64,000 bases of DNA, taken from positions 31,439 to 95,438 of the forward strand of contig CDMY01000374.1 in NCBI GenBank assembly GCA_001179505.1. The letters run 5' to 3'. The notes below the pieces were generated by a model, which saw only the letters and a list, made by a program, of their open reading frames with translations, was not told where the DNA came from and ran no database searches. Below are positions 14,398 through 27,058 of the stretch, piece by piece. The position numbers and the translations under genes were made by a program. The DNA is from Vitrella brassicaformis CCMP3155. Lineage: Eukaryota > Protista > Chromerida. The stretch's first letter is position 1, and the number at the start of each line of letters is the position of its first letter.

Positions 14398-17300
14398 TCA
14401 CATGATCATGCAGCAAGGCCCACAAGCAGGCTTGTACGGCCGCATGATCTCTCTGATCTCCGGCTTGTCGTTTGCCAATCCCCACGGGGTCTTCCCCTGT
14501 CGTCATGAAATGAGATGAGCACACCACTTAGCCCATCGATGGTGGGAATGTCTGTGGGCACTCACCCTGTTGTTTTCGATGTTCAGCAGCGCACCGCCGC
14601 CCCACTCGAGCCTTTGAGAAGGACACAGAGAGAGTGGATGAGACATTCGCGTTAGTCGGTCATTTGTGTCGCTCACAGCTGAGACACAGCTGCGGATTTG
14701 CCACTGAGTACAGCCACATGGAGTGCCGTGTCTCCGTCCTGTGTGTGTCATGCACACAGGAAGAAGGCAATCAATCAGACAAGGGGCATTCTGTGTATCT
14801 CCGTTTGTGTCTCTTCACATTGTTTGTCTGTGTCAGCAGGTCCTTTCGTTTGGCATACAGGGCCGCCATCACATCGACATGACCACCCTCGGCAGCCATC
14901 ATGAATGCCGCCACTCTGCAATCACCACACACACAATCGACACACTGAGGCGTCAGAGACATGTGTGTGGTCTCTTACCTTGTCGCGTGCATCGATCAGT
15001 TTGGGATCCCACGCCAGCAGCTTATTGACCGCCGCAACATGGCCATTGGCGGCAGCGAAGTGCAAAGCGGTGTAGCCATCCTATTGCATTCCATCACACC
15101 CGACACACATCTCATTATCACCAGCAGCACACAAGATGGTTTGTCTGTGTGTGGGTACCTCGGTTATTTGCTGCAGTACGTCAGGTTTGCTCTCATGCAT
15201 AAGAGACATCATGTCAGCGTGACCTAGCATGGTAGCTCGAATGAACGGTGTCCACTGCGCGCAGAAAGGATGAAAAGAGACCCCTCCATGAGTGCATCTC
15301 TTGCTCACCCCCTTTCCATTTCTGATGTCGAGAATCTCGCTGCCCATTTCTTCGACAAGCAAACGAGCCCACTCCACGTCGCCGGCCACCACGGCGTCGA
15401 ATATGGTCTGCACAGAATCAACACAAAGATGGCGGCCCATTGGCATGTGTGCAATTCAGTTGCTGTCTCCCTTACGTGTTTGACCTGCGGTGATGGCTGC
15501 TCCCGGGCAGGCGCCTCTGTAAAACACATCGCAACAGATAAATGAGAAGCTCCTCTGTGCACGCGAAGCCCACCACACCTGCTTCCGTCAGCCATTTGAC
15601 CCTGATGCCATCAGCCCATTCACCTCTCCTCGATATACCTGCCCGAGCGACATCCGCACACAACCCCTTGAGCTGTATGTGTGTGTGTGTGTGCTTACCT
15701 GATGCAGTGGTATATGTCCCTTTTCCATGCTGCTTGCCGTCCTTCCACTCGCCCTGATATACCAGACAGGACACATATGATGAAGTGGCTTAAGGGATTT
15801 GAGTCTCTCATGCACCTCGTAGCAGCGGCCGTCGGGCCACACGAATTTGCCCCATCCGTGTTTCTTGTCTCCGTGGTACGGGCCCTCGTAGTGGCGTCCG
15901 TCGGGCCACTCCATGAGACCCTCACCGTGCATTTTGTTGCCCTCCCACTGCATTCACAGCGGGCAGACCTTTGCGATGGTGTATGACACTGTATGTGTGT
16001 GTGCTGCGTATGACCTGTCCCCTGTAGAAGCGTCCTTCGGCCCATTTGTACGTCCCGGATCCTTGCAGGTTGTTGTGCACGAAGTGGCCCTCGTATGTGC
16101 TGCCATCGGGCCACGTGAACACGCCTTCTCCGTGCTTCATGCCGTCCTTGCAGTCAGAAAATGCACTTCTGTGTCCGAATGGTCGATTGTTATTAGTTGT
16201 GTATACGCACGTGTAGTATCCTTTGTATGCCGATCCGTCAGCCCATGTCTCGACGCCATAGCCAGTCTGCTTGTCGTCTGCCCAATCGCCCTCGTACCTG
16301 CAGCATTCACGACCAGCCCTGCCTGCATATGTCTTCGTCTCGTCCCTCGGGCACCTGGATCCGTCAGCATGTGTCAATTTGCCTTTGCCATGTCTCCTGT
16401 TGTCCTTCCATTCGCCCTCGTACACATCACCATTGATTTTTATGCATTTTCCGTGCCCCTGCATCAATGCATTGAGTGGATACTCGTCAGACCCCTTCCT
16501 TTGTCAGCAGCTCACGTGATATCTATTGGTCTTGAATTGTCCTTCGTATTTGCCCTCATCTGCTTTTTCCAGTATACCGTAGCCATCGAAGGTATTACCA
16601 ACCCACTCGCCCTCGTACTGCGCGCCTCCTGCAACAACAGGAGTCAGCCAGCTGACAAACTGCCAAATCGTCCTCATGGTGTCTCCACGCACCTTTGAGT
16701 CTCACCATAGACCGCCTTTTCCTTGCCTGTGGGAAAGAGAGCTGTCCTGGCCACACTTGGTGCATCGATTCGTTCGTGTGTACCTGGCTGGTGTTTTGTT
16801 GTTTGGTGGGGGCTGGTGTGGGAGTGACTGCAGTCAACGGATCATCTATAGTGTATCCTTGTGTGTATAGATGCCTCACACAGACACGCGCAGCCGACCT
16901 GTTTGCTCTTCCGCAACCGCAAGCTTGATCTGTGCGGGAGAGACCGAACTCGACGGCCCCGGCACTGTGCTGGCCATGCTCACGTGAATACCCGATGAAA
17001 CGCCGGCAGGAGGCACGTCAACGGGAGACACAGGGAGAGAGGGGGCCAACACCGCTTCTGCACGCAGCCAGAAAAACATCGGCCAATGAAGGCTTTTACC
17101 TGTGGCAAGAGCGCAAAGCAGTGGAAGTGTATTTTCTGACGAACCAGATGGAGAGTCCAGCATGGCCAACACCTAGCGAGCAGTCAGGCAAGCAGATAGT
17201 CGACATGCGCACGCCTTCGCCCAAAAGTCCATGTGAGGTACCTCTTTGGCTGTGGGGCGATCTTTTGGATTGAAGGCGAAACAACTCTGAGCAGCAATCA

Positions 17301-18713
17301 CAATCGGAAGGGAAATGCAGCACGAGAAAGGTTTTCGGCTTACCTTGATGGCACCCTTGATGTGCTCAGGCAGGGAATCGGGGATGCGGGGAACCTGACA
17401 CGCGTGTGCAAAAAAAGGCCTTCAGGGAATCTGTCAACATGTGTCAACGTGGCAGGTCACCTGCTTTCGGACCACAACGGCCATCATGATATTTACGGCA
17501 CTTTGGCCTTCAAAGGGAGGCCCACCTGAACATCACATATATAGGCTGCAAGTGTGTCCGAGTGAAGGTTGCATCTGCTGACCGCCACACAGCTCCGCAA
17601 TGATGCATCCAACCGCTCATATGTCCGCCTCCATAGAGGGCTTCCCCACTGCACACACCGGCAGTCATTCAAGTTCCCAAGCCCATCGGCTTTTGTTGTA
17701 CTTACAGTTGTCTGGATCCAAAGCTTCAGACGACATATAATTGGAGGTCCCCTTAATGCCATCTGCAGTGCAGGCACGAATGCACCAACACACACAGAGG
17801 CACCTCGCTCGCCGCCTTCCGCCATGCCATGTCTCCGCTTACCTGCAGCAGAGCTCGACGTCACTTGAACATTCCGCGTCATACCGAAGTCAGATATCTT
17901 GATCACCAAATACTCAGCCAACTGACAGACACGAGACACAACAAGAGGCTATGGCCACCGACCGAGAGGTGAAGGTTGTCTGCCCTCACGAGAATATTCC
18001 CCGGTTTTAGGTCTCGATGCAGGATTCCGTGGTCGTGCAGATACTGCACGCCCTCACATATCTGACGGCAATCGACACACAGATCTAGATGAGACGCGTG
18101 ACGCTGTCTGCTGTGCTGTACCTCTCTCACGAATCTGTTTCGCACATCTAGCGGCAGCCGTCTGTTCTTGGCCAAATATTTGTCCAGTGATCCGCCCTTA
18201 CACAACTCTGAGAATGATGGACACGCGACGCACAGTCAGGAAGCAGATGAATGAATCGAGGTGACCTGAGACGATCATGAGGCCGTGCTTGCCGTCCGTG
18301 CAGACACCGAGGAACTGCACAATGTTGGGGTGTCGCAGATGCTGCATCTCCTGAGCCTCGGACAGAACATCCTCCATCGCGCTAGCCATCAACTCCTGCA
18401 TGACAGTTGCATGACATTCGCGAGTGTCGTGTGATTTCACACACACCGCGATACTCACGCTGTCGGTAAGTTCCTCCCCGGTGAGAGGGGCGGCCTCCCT
18501 CAATTTCTCCATGTTTGTGATCTTTACAGCCACGTCCAGCCCCTTCCATTGGCCCTGGTACACGATACCGAACGCTCCACCCCCTGATACACACACACAG
18601 ATCACCCAATCGATGACATCGGGGCAGCAATTGGTCGTGAGCGCACCAAGCTTCTTGTCGCCCACAGTCAGGTCCCTCGCCCTGATCAACAGGCGAGGAA
18701 CGGGTGAAGCCAT
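14398..18713 (-). pseudogene. Kinase-MORN-ankyrin gene, copy B (nonsense + frameshift)
   Basis: Starts MASPVPRLLIRARDL, then [23 protein letters not shown] and KISDFGM. In-frame TGA at the Trp of ADIW (17617-17619; copy C has TGG). Then about 9-10 MORN repeats and an ANK block with a 5-nt deletion near 14910 (AGTGGC-GGCATTC versus ACTGGCTGGACGGCATTC in copy A). Confidence 0.85.
15590..16840 (-). repeat. MORN-repeat coding cassette inside copy B
   Basis: Successive YEGEW, YEGQF, YEGEW, YEGDW, YKGYY, YEGHF, YRGQW, YEGPY, YEGEW and RRGEW motifs with HG.G spacers. Confidence 0.92.
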
Positions 18714-19980
18714 GAGGAGCGAACTGTGCTCGTTAGCCCCGCTGTCCGTTCGGCCCCCAACGCTCCCAGGATTCTCGACTATCCGCCGGCAGATTGGTAT
18801 CCACAGAGACATTTTGGTCCACGTGCGGGTGCTCACGCGCCTTTTTGTATCTCAACTGACTGAGGACGGTCCTTGTTACATACACCCACCCCATCATGTG
18901 ACCCGGCATGCGTCTGTGTGGATGAATTCTACTCGATGCGATGGAGGAATGTCACTGCATGGTGATGCGATCGATCAACACTCACGCAGCCGCGAAAAGA
19001 GTTCTCATTACAGGCGCTCATTTCTGACCGTAAAGGCAGCAGTACACTGCTAATTGTGGACCGAGTAGCAGCGCCCACATTAGTCAATCACCCTTACCGG
19101 CCGATCTCCTCCCTCTCTGTTGGTGTGTGCTATACTTGTCAGCCACCGAAACTCATCTCGTTGTCCATCCATCTCAACACCGTAAAACTCACAATGATCG
19201 AACCGATGAGCCGTACAGCCAGAGACTGCATGGTGTCTGCTTGTCTGTCTGTCTCATCCGTGTCTCTTCCTTAACTGCACCGCCCTTCCCTGTATGGCGG
19301 TCGTGACGTTGACCATGTGCGCAGGAAGGGAAGGCATGAGTGGCAAAAACAGATGGGTAACAGAACCAGCGCGTTTGTGCATTGTTACGCAGCTTAGACA
19401 ATGCATGTGTGTGGCAAAAAGCGGTCGGGTGGCCACGCGAGAGAAGTGGGAGCAAAAAGACGTTCGTCTGTGAGGGTGCTGGTTGGTACGTACGTACACA
19501 GGTTAAATACATACACATACACAGATGGATAGGCACACGACGGTTAGATAAATACATATCACACAGCGTCATGTGGCCCGAACAGTGGAACGTGTGCACT
19601 ACATGTGCACATGTGTGTGTATGTGCCTGGCTTTCTGTCTGTCTGTCTGTTTGTCTGTTGGCTGGCAGGGATTGAACTGAACTTTGACCGCGAAGTCGTG
19701 CAAGTGGTCTTCAAGTGGGCAGCCGAAAGGAAGCCTTTGCAAGGGAGGAGGCCATTCGACTCGGTGCCTTCCTGACGGAACGCATCACTGACTTGCCGTG
19801 CAGACGCGCGCATACAGATTTATCTCTGTGGTTGCATCTGAGACACTTTGGTCCACGTGTGGGGACCGTCAGCTCGTCTTCTTGTGTCATGTGACTACGG
19901 ACGGTCCCTATTAAGTACACCCAGTCACTTCAGGACCCCTATCGCACTCATGCCCGGAATGAAAGGCAGGATACGGGCGC

Positions 19981-20310
19981 CTAAACGGCAGGAGGGCAAG
20001 ACCATCGAAGCTGTGAGGAAGGGTGTGTGTGTGTGTGATTGTTTGTCAGGCGATATTGCGTCTTCAGCGTGAGTTGCAGGCGGCAGCGTTGGAGAATCGG
20101 CGGCTCAAGAGCTGCCTCGACAAGGAGAGGGCCAGACAGACTCTCAACCAACAGGTGTGTGTGTGCCAAGGACAAAGGCTGCTGATCGGCGTGAGTGTGT
20201 GTCTCCTTATGTCACTGATGCAGACGTTTGGCGCTTTGCAAGAGGAGAATCGCAGCCTCCGCGAGCAGCTTACCAGCCGGCAGGGCAGCATCAATACAGA
20301 GAGAAACTGA
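19981..20310 (+). pseudogene. 5'-truncated duplicate of the 3' exons of the coiled-coil gene
   Basis: QEGKTIEA / AILRLQRELQAAALENRRLKSCLDKERARQ / TFGALQEENRSLREQL matches 13765-14143. No upstream exons are present. Confidence 0.85.
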
Positions 20311-20541
20311 GCGCTGCGTGCTCACGTATTGATGGACATTTCCAATCAGGTCATGATGTCCCATGGCAAACACACAACACCTCACAGCCCCTCGCAGTGG
20401 TCCAGATGGAGACACAAGAAAGAAACCGAGGGCTGCACTTCGTATATTCGCCGTGTCATTCGCGACGACACATGATCACCCACTCACAATGTCTCCTAGC
20501 TTCTTATTCGAAGCACACCCGAGCGACTGACAGACTGTGAC

Positions 20542-23500
20542 TCACATGATCATCCAGCAAGGCCCAGAAGCAGGCTTGTACGGCCGCATGATCTTTCTGA
20601 TCTCCGGCCTGTTTGCCGCCCAGAACCATGGCGTCAGTCCCTGTTGTGATGAGATGAGCTGAGCAAACCACTCAGCCCATCGATGGTGGGAATATCGGTG
20701 TGCACTTACCTTGTTGTTTGTGATGTCCAGCAGAGCACCGCCCCCCCACTCGAGCCTTTGAGAAGGACACACACACAGAGAGAGAGAGAGAGAGTGGATG
20801 AGATGTTCGCATCAGTCAGTCATCTGTGTCGCCCACAGCTGAAACACAGCGGCAGATTTGCCCCAGAGTACAGCCCCATGGAGTGCCGTGTCGCCCTCCT
20901 GTGTGTGTCATGCACACAGAGGAAAGGCAATCAATCAGTGAGAGAAGATTGTGTTGTCTCACCTTGTCGGTCTGTGTGAGAAGGTTCTTTCGTTTGGCAT
21001 ACAGGGCCTTCAACACATCGACATGACCATTCCCGGCAGCATAGATGAATGGCGTGGCGCCCTCCTGCAATCAACACACGTACACACACAATCGAGACAC
21101 TGAAGCGTCAAAGACATGTGTATGCTCTCCTAGATTGTCGCGTGCATCGATCAGTTTGGGATCCCACTCCATCAGCTTATTGACAGCCGCGACATGGCCC
21201 TCGTAGACAGCCTTGTGCAGGGCAGTGTCACCACGCTGCATTGCGTCACACCCAATACACTCTTTATCACCATCAGCAGTACAAGATGGTTTGTCTGTGT
21301 CGGTACCTTGGTCTCTGTTTGCTGCAGTACGTCAGGTTTGCTCGCATACATGACCGACATAACGCCCACCTCACCCTTCTGTGCAGCCTTGAGGAAGGGC
21401 GTGAACTGTGCGCAGGAATGAGAAGACACAGACCACTGAGTGCATTTCGATCGTCTTCACGATTCCATACCTCGAAATTGTATTTGTCTCGTTCCCGTTT
21501 GTCGAGTATGTCCTTGCCATCCCTCTCGATGAGCAAACGAACTGACAGAGACCATGACCGATGGATGGTTCGATGGATTCTTCACTTATATGTTTGAGTG
21601 TCTCGCGATGTCTCTGTTTACCCATCCCATCCCATGTTACCGGACTGCTCATCGGCGGCCTTGACGGCTTCGAAGATGTCAGTCTGACAGACAATCAGCA
21701 CAAGAACAGCGGCCCATTGACGTGTGGGGTTTAGTTGCTGTTTCCCTTACGTGTTTGATCTGCGGCTGTGGAGGGCTCGGCGATGTCTTCACTGACGGCT
21801 GCTGGACGGGGAACGCTGCACGACACACATGACACATGAAACGATTCAATACATGTGCGTGCCTTCCACAGCTGACCTGTTTGCTCTTGCGGAACCACAA
21901 GTTTGATCTGTGCTGGCGAGACCGCACTCGGTGGCCCCGTTATGGTGCTGGCCATGCTCGCATGGACACCCGCTGTATGGCCAATGGGAGACACGACAGC
22001 GGGAGAAACAGAGGGAGGGAGAACCGACAACACCTCTGCACGTAGTCAAGCAGTCTAAATTAGGCGACGGGGGCTGGCCCAAGGCGTTTAACCGGCAATT
22101 GACCTGTATCTTTCGACGGACTCGCCGGAATACCCAGCTTGGCCAACAACTACCAAGCGGTCAGGGAAGTAGACACTCGACATGCACACGCCTTTGTCCA
22201 ATGTCTATATCAGGCACCTCTTTGGCTGTGGGGCGATCTTTTGGATTAAAGGCAAAACAACTCTGAACAGCAACCACGATCAGAAGGGAAACGCGGCAAA
22301 CAGGAAAGGGCCCTCGGCTTGTCTTGATGGCACTTTTGATGTGCTCAGGCAGGGAATCGGGGATGCGGGGAATCTGACATGCGTGTGCAAAAAAAGACTT
22401 CCAGAGAATCTGTCAACACGTGTCAACGTGGCAGGTCACCTGCTTTCGGACCACAACGGCCATCATGATATTTACGGCACTTCAGCCTCCGAAAGGAGGC
22501 CCACCTGAACATCACAGATATAGGCTGCAAGTGTGTCCGAGTGAAGGTTGCATCTGCTGACCGCCACACAGCTCCGCAATGATGCATCCAACCGCCCATA
22601 TGTCCGCCTCCATAGAGGGCTTCCCACTGCACACACCGGCAGTCATTCAAGTTCTCAAGCCCACCGGCTTTTGTTGCACTTACAGTTGTCTGGATCCAAA
22701 GCTTCAGGTGACATGTAATTGACGGTTCCCTTAATGCCACCTGCGGTGCGGTGACGGATGCAACAAGCACAGACGCACCTCACTCGCCGCCTTCCGCCAT
22801 GCCATGTCTCTTGCTACCTGCAGAAGAGCTCGACGTCACTTGAACATTCCGCGTCATGCCGAAGTCAGATATCTTGATCACCAAATACTCAGCCAACTGA
22901 CAGACACGAGACACAACAAGAGGCTATGGCCACCGACCGAGAGGTGAAGGTTGTCTGCCCTCACGAGAATATTGCCCGGTTTCAGGTCTCGATGCAGGAT
23001 TCCGTGGTCGTGAAGATACTGCACGCCCTCACATATCTAACGGCAATCGACACACAGATTGAGATGAGTCACCTGATGGCTCTGACGCTCGTATGCTTTG
23101 CTGTACCTCTCTCACGAATCTGTCTCGCACGTCGGGCGGCGGGGGTCCGTTCTTAGCGAGGTAGGACGCTAGAGAGCCGCCCTCACACAACTCTGAAAAT
23201 GACAAGCAGACATCACGAGACAGCCTGGCTGGACAAAGCGAAGTGTATGACCACCTGTGACGATCATGAGTCCGTGTTTCTTGTCTGCGCAAACACCTAA
23301 CAGCCGCACGATGTTGGGATGCCGCAGTGAAAGCATCGGCTCAGCCTCGATCAGAGCGTCCTCCATCGCTCCAGCCATCAGCTCCTATGCACATGCCACA
23401 ACAAGGCATGCGATAAACAATGCACGAGCGGCGACATCTCACACCCTCACGTCGTCATCGACCTCCTGTCCGGTCTCCCTCGTTTCCTCTCTCAGCTTCT

Positions 23501-23721
23501 CCATATTTGTCACCTTGACCGCCACTGGCTGGCCGCGCCAAACGCCTCTCAACACCACCCCGAATCCTCCACTCCCTTAGAAATGCACACACAAAGAAAC
23601 CAGCCCACTGACACTGACAGGTGGTTGCGGCCCGCAATTAGATTTTGTCGAGCTGACCAAGCCGCTTGTCCTCCACAGTCAGGTCCCTCGCCCTGATCAC
23701 CAAACGAGACGTGGCAGCCAT
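20542..23721 (-). pseudogene. Kinase-linker-ankyrin gene, copy C (frameshift, nonsense, dead donor)
   Basis: Starts MAATSRLVIRARDL, then [22 protein letters not shown] and MSPE. Relative to copy B there is a 1-nt deletion at about 22623 (ccc vs cccc) and an in-frame TGA at 22482-22484 (B has CAA). The donor after AIK reads AC instead of GT/GC (about 22321). ANK block follows. Confidence 0.85.
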
Positions 23722-23834
23722 GGCGAAGACCTGAAGACGCGCCGGCGGCGGCGGCGGAAAGGCCCCCAAGAGCCCCCACCAAAAGCCCGGGGGGCCCCTC
23801 TCGACCCGGACTCGGAGAGCATCTTCATCTCGAG

Positions 23835-26382
23835 ATGGCTTCGGGCGTGCCCCTCCCCAAGGAGACTTCCCTCGACATCCTGAACAAGGCCAATTGCGAA
23901 GCATCGGTAAGCGGGCAGTCTTCGTGAGTCAGACGGCATGTCAGCCAGTGTGTGGTCATGTCAGGTGATGCTTGTGCCGGCGGGTGAACCTAAGAGAGTT
24001 CGAGAGCGGCTGAAGAAGGAGGAGAAGAAGTACGATAGAAAGGGCATCGAAATGGAGCTCACTGGGGAAGTCTGTGGCGTCGAGGTCGGCGCAAAGCCAG
24101 GGTTCAAGTGGGAGAGTGGGTAAGAACAATGCGGAGACTAGGGCGGAAGACATTTTTGATGATCGCCCTTCTCCCATGCAATGCAGTGAGGAGAAGGAGG
24201 AGGAGATCGATGTGGAGGTTGAGTATGCGTATTTCCGCCTGGCCAAGGAATGGCACAAGCTCGATCCTGGCAAGAAGATGACCCTGCACACCATCAGCCC
24301 CTGCTACATCTCCATCTTCATCGACGGCAGCAAGCACAAGGCCATGGACCGAATGATCCACCCTAACGAACTGCGGGATGAGAACGGCATTGTGCTTGTC
24401 AGGAGTAACCCTCCCTTCGTGTCCTACAACGAGTATTTCCACCAAGAGAGAAACATCGAGGCTACCGGCTTCCGGCTGCATATGTACAACCTCGGTAGTG
24501 GTACAAGTGACACCGTGCTTACGGCTGTGCATGGCGTCGGTCCCGGTGCAAAGGCTTCTGTGGTCTTGAAAACGAAGACGCCGGCGCCCCGCAAGGAGGA
24601 CGAGCCTGTGGACAATTCGCAGCTCTGGATGGACCACACAGATCCCTTCTGCCCCGAAGAGACCTTCCGCCTTGTGTCTGCAGCCTTCCCTCAGTCAACC
24701 CTTCGAGTGCACAAGGAAAACAAGACGCTTCTACTGGATACGCCGACGATCACGACTCCTCAGGCGAGGGAGAAGGGCACGGCCAGCTTGGAGCACTGGA
24801 AAATGACAGGGGCCGCCTTGAGCAAGCCACTTGATTTGTGCCAGTCTTTCTCTGCATGCTGCAAGCCCTCGGTGTCAAAGGACGACGAGATCAACACGCA
24901 GAAGCACACCTCGGGGCGCAGGATCAGTGCCACGTACGGCGTGGCGTCGACTCTGTCGTGTGAAGGCCTGCCGGAGCATCTGATGTGTGTGGTGAACGAC
25001 ACCGTCGTCATGAAGAAGATCGGATGCTGTGACCGGACGCCTCACCTGTGGCAAGCTGGTGAACCAATCGTAATTAAAGGTACTCATAGGCTGCAGAGGA
25101 CGTGTGGTGCGTGCATTTGATAGTGTCTTGTTTCTGTCCTCAGGGCAAACGGTCCCTATCGATCGGAAAGGGGCGGCTCACGACGCAGACACGACAGCAA
25201 GCGAAGAGGTCAAGCAGGGAATGAATGCTTTGAAGTCCTCTTCATGTCTCTTGTCTCTCGTTCCAGAACAAAACCATCTTTGAAGCGTGTGCCGAGGGCT
25301 CCGAGGGCGACCTGAAGGCGTTGATCAAATTCATCACCAAGAAAAGGCCCCAAGTGTCTCGAGGACGCTGACGACGACGGCTTCACGCCTCTGCACTACA
25401 GCGCCCAGAACGGCCAGGAGATGTTGGTCAAGGAGATTGTCGAGCGAGGAGGGAAGCACCTCATTGAGAAACGGACGAAGGTTCAGGAAGAGCCCACTCC
25501 TACACATCTTGCGGCGAAACGAGGGCATGTGTCGGTGGTCAACCTGCTGCTGAAACTGGGAGGAGACCGTCTTCTCACCATCCAAGACAAAGTAAGTGTC
25601 ATCTTCGTGCTTTCAAATGACAGACTGGCAGACAGTTCATGCAACTTTCGCGTGTCTGCTGTGTCTCTTGCGTGTAGTATGGTCGCACGATTGCCGGCGT
25701 CGCTGCGGAGGAGGGACAGCTGGCGGTGCTCAAGGCCATCGTCGAGCGAAAAGGCGTCGACTTCATCCTCTCACTCGAATCCAACGTACACCTGTTTCGC
25801 ACAAATCATGTCTCCTGCACAAAGGTCTTCGTATTCTTTCAGGGTCGGACGGTTTTCCACGACGCTGCCTTTGGTGGCCATGTGAGCGTGTTGCGGCAGC
25901 TAGTCGAGTGGAGCGGCAGCCCCCTGGCCCTCAAAATTGGCAACCAACATGGCCTCACTCCTTTGCACATGGCTGCCAGCGGCAATCGTGTGGAGGCGAT
26001 GGAGTATCTGCTGAAGGAGGGAGGGGTGACCCTGCTTCAGAAGACCAACACGGTCGGCGGAGACACAGAAGAGAAGTGTTCTCTGTTGTCACTCTTTTCT
26101 CTTCATTTCCGCTGCGTGCAGTTCCGCAACACCTCAATGCATCTAGCCTGCCTGCAAGGGCACAGGGAGGCCGCCATCTGCATGGTCAACAAGCAAGGAG
26201 GCCGCGATCTTCTCAAGAAAACCAACAAACATGTAAGGAATGCACGCACAGAGTCATGGCAAGCGATCTCCCTCTCTCGCCGTCCCTGTGTGTTTGTGTG
26301 TGTAAAGGGGAAGACGCCGATTGATTTGGCAAAGTGGAGGGGCCATGGGGATTTAGCGACAGAGTTGGAGAGTAAGGGCTGA
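23835..26382 (+). CDS. Unknown N-terminal domain + about 8 ankyrin repeats (apparent +1 frameshift)
   Basis: MASGVPLPKETSL..., then a single ~870-nt exon (24187-25058), then TIFEAC, GFTPLHY, PTPTHLAA, GRTVFHDAA, GLTPLHMAA and GKTPIDLA repeats. An extra A in gaaaag (25341-25346) shifts KKGPKCLEDADDDGFTPLHY out of frame, so it is either a pseudogene or a homopolymer error. Confidence 0.78.
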
Positions 26383-27058
26383 TGTGGGCGTGCGGGCAGA
26401 CAACACGGTGGTCTGATGTGGTCTCCTGAGTGCTACTTCACCTTAAGCCGTTAAATGAGGTTGCGAATCGATGGATGCACTTGGCTATCCACTACACACC
26501 ACTAAGTCGTCGTGGCGTGTGAATTGCGCTGCCTGCACTGCACTGCATCACTCACTCAAATGCCTGTCAGACCTTATGGCAAGATTGCACAGCGGGCCCA
26601 CACACTGCGCGTCAGTCAGGGATTCAGTGCAACACAACGCACCTCAACTGAGTCTCCCCCACATCCATCCATCCATGAATGGCAATACGTCTGTATGTCT
26701 CGAGTATGTATGTACATCAGACCAATGAGCGTTACAGCAGCAGAGCATCCAAGCCATCCGTTATGCAGAGAGAAAGCTGTACACACCAGGAGAGCTAGAG
26801 GGAGTCGTATCATCTGTATCCATGTATCCACCAGCAACAAGGAGAGATCGAGATAATCGAGACAAAGAAGGCCAAAAACGGCCCGACTGACTGTCTGTCC
26901 GTTCCACCCACCCACCCATAGCACAGACAGATGGATCGTTGATCAGCGGACTGACACCCACCAGCAGAGCAACCAGCATTCAAAAACACATTCCATCAAG
27001 CAGGCATGAATGACCTGGCCCCAAAACGACCCACCCTCACGCCCTCCTTCCTTCCCCC

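Noticed and set aside
18830-19930. Possible gene or ncRNA between the duplicated units
   Set aside because: Only short low-complexity ORFs, with no consistent splice chain or recognisable RNA structure.
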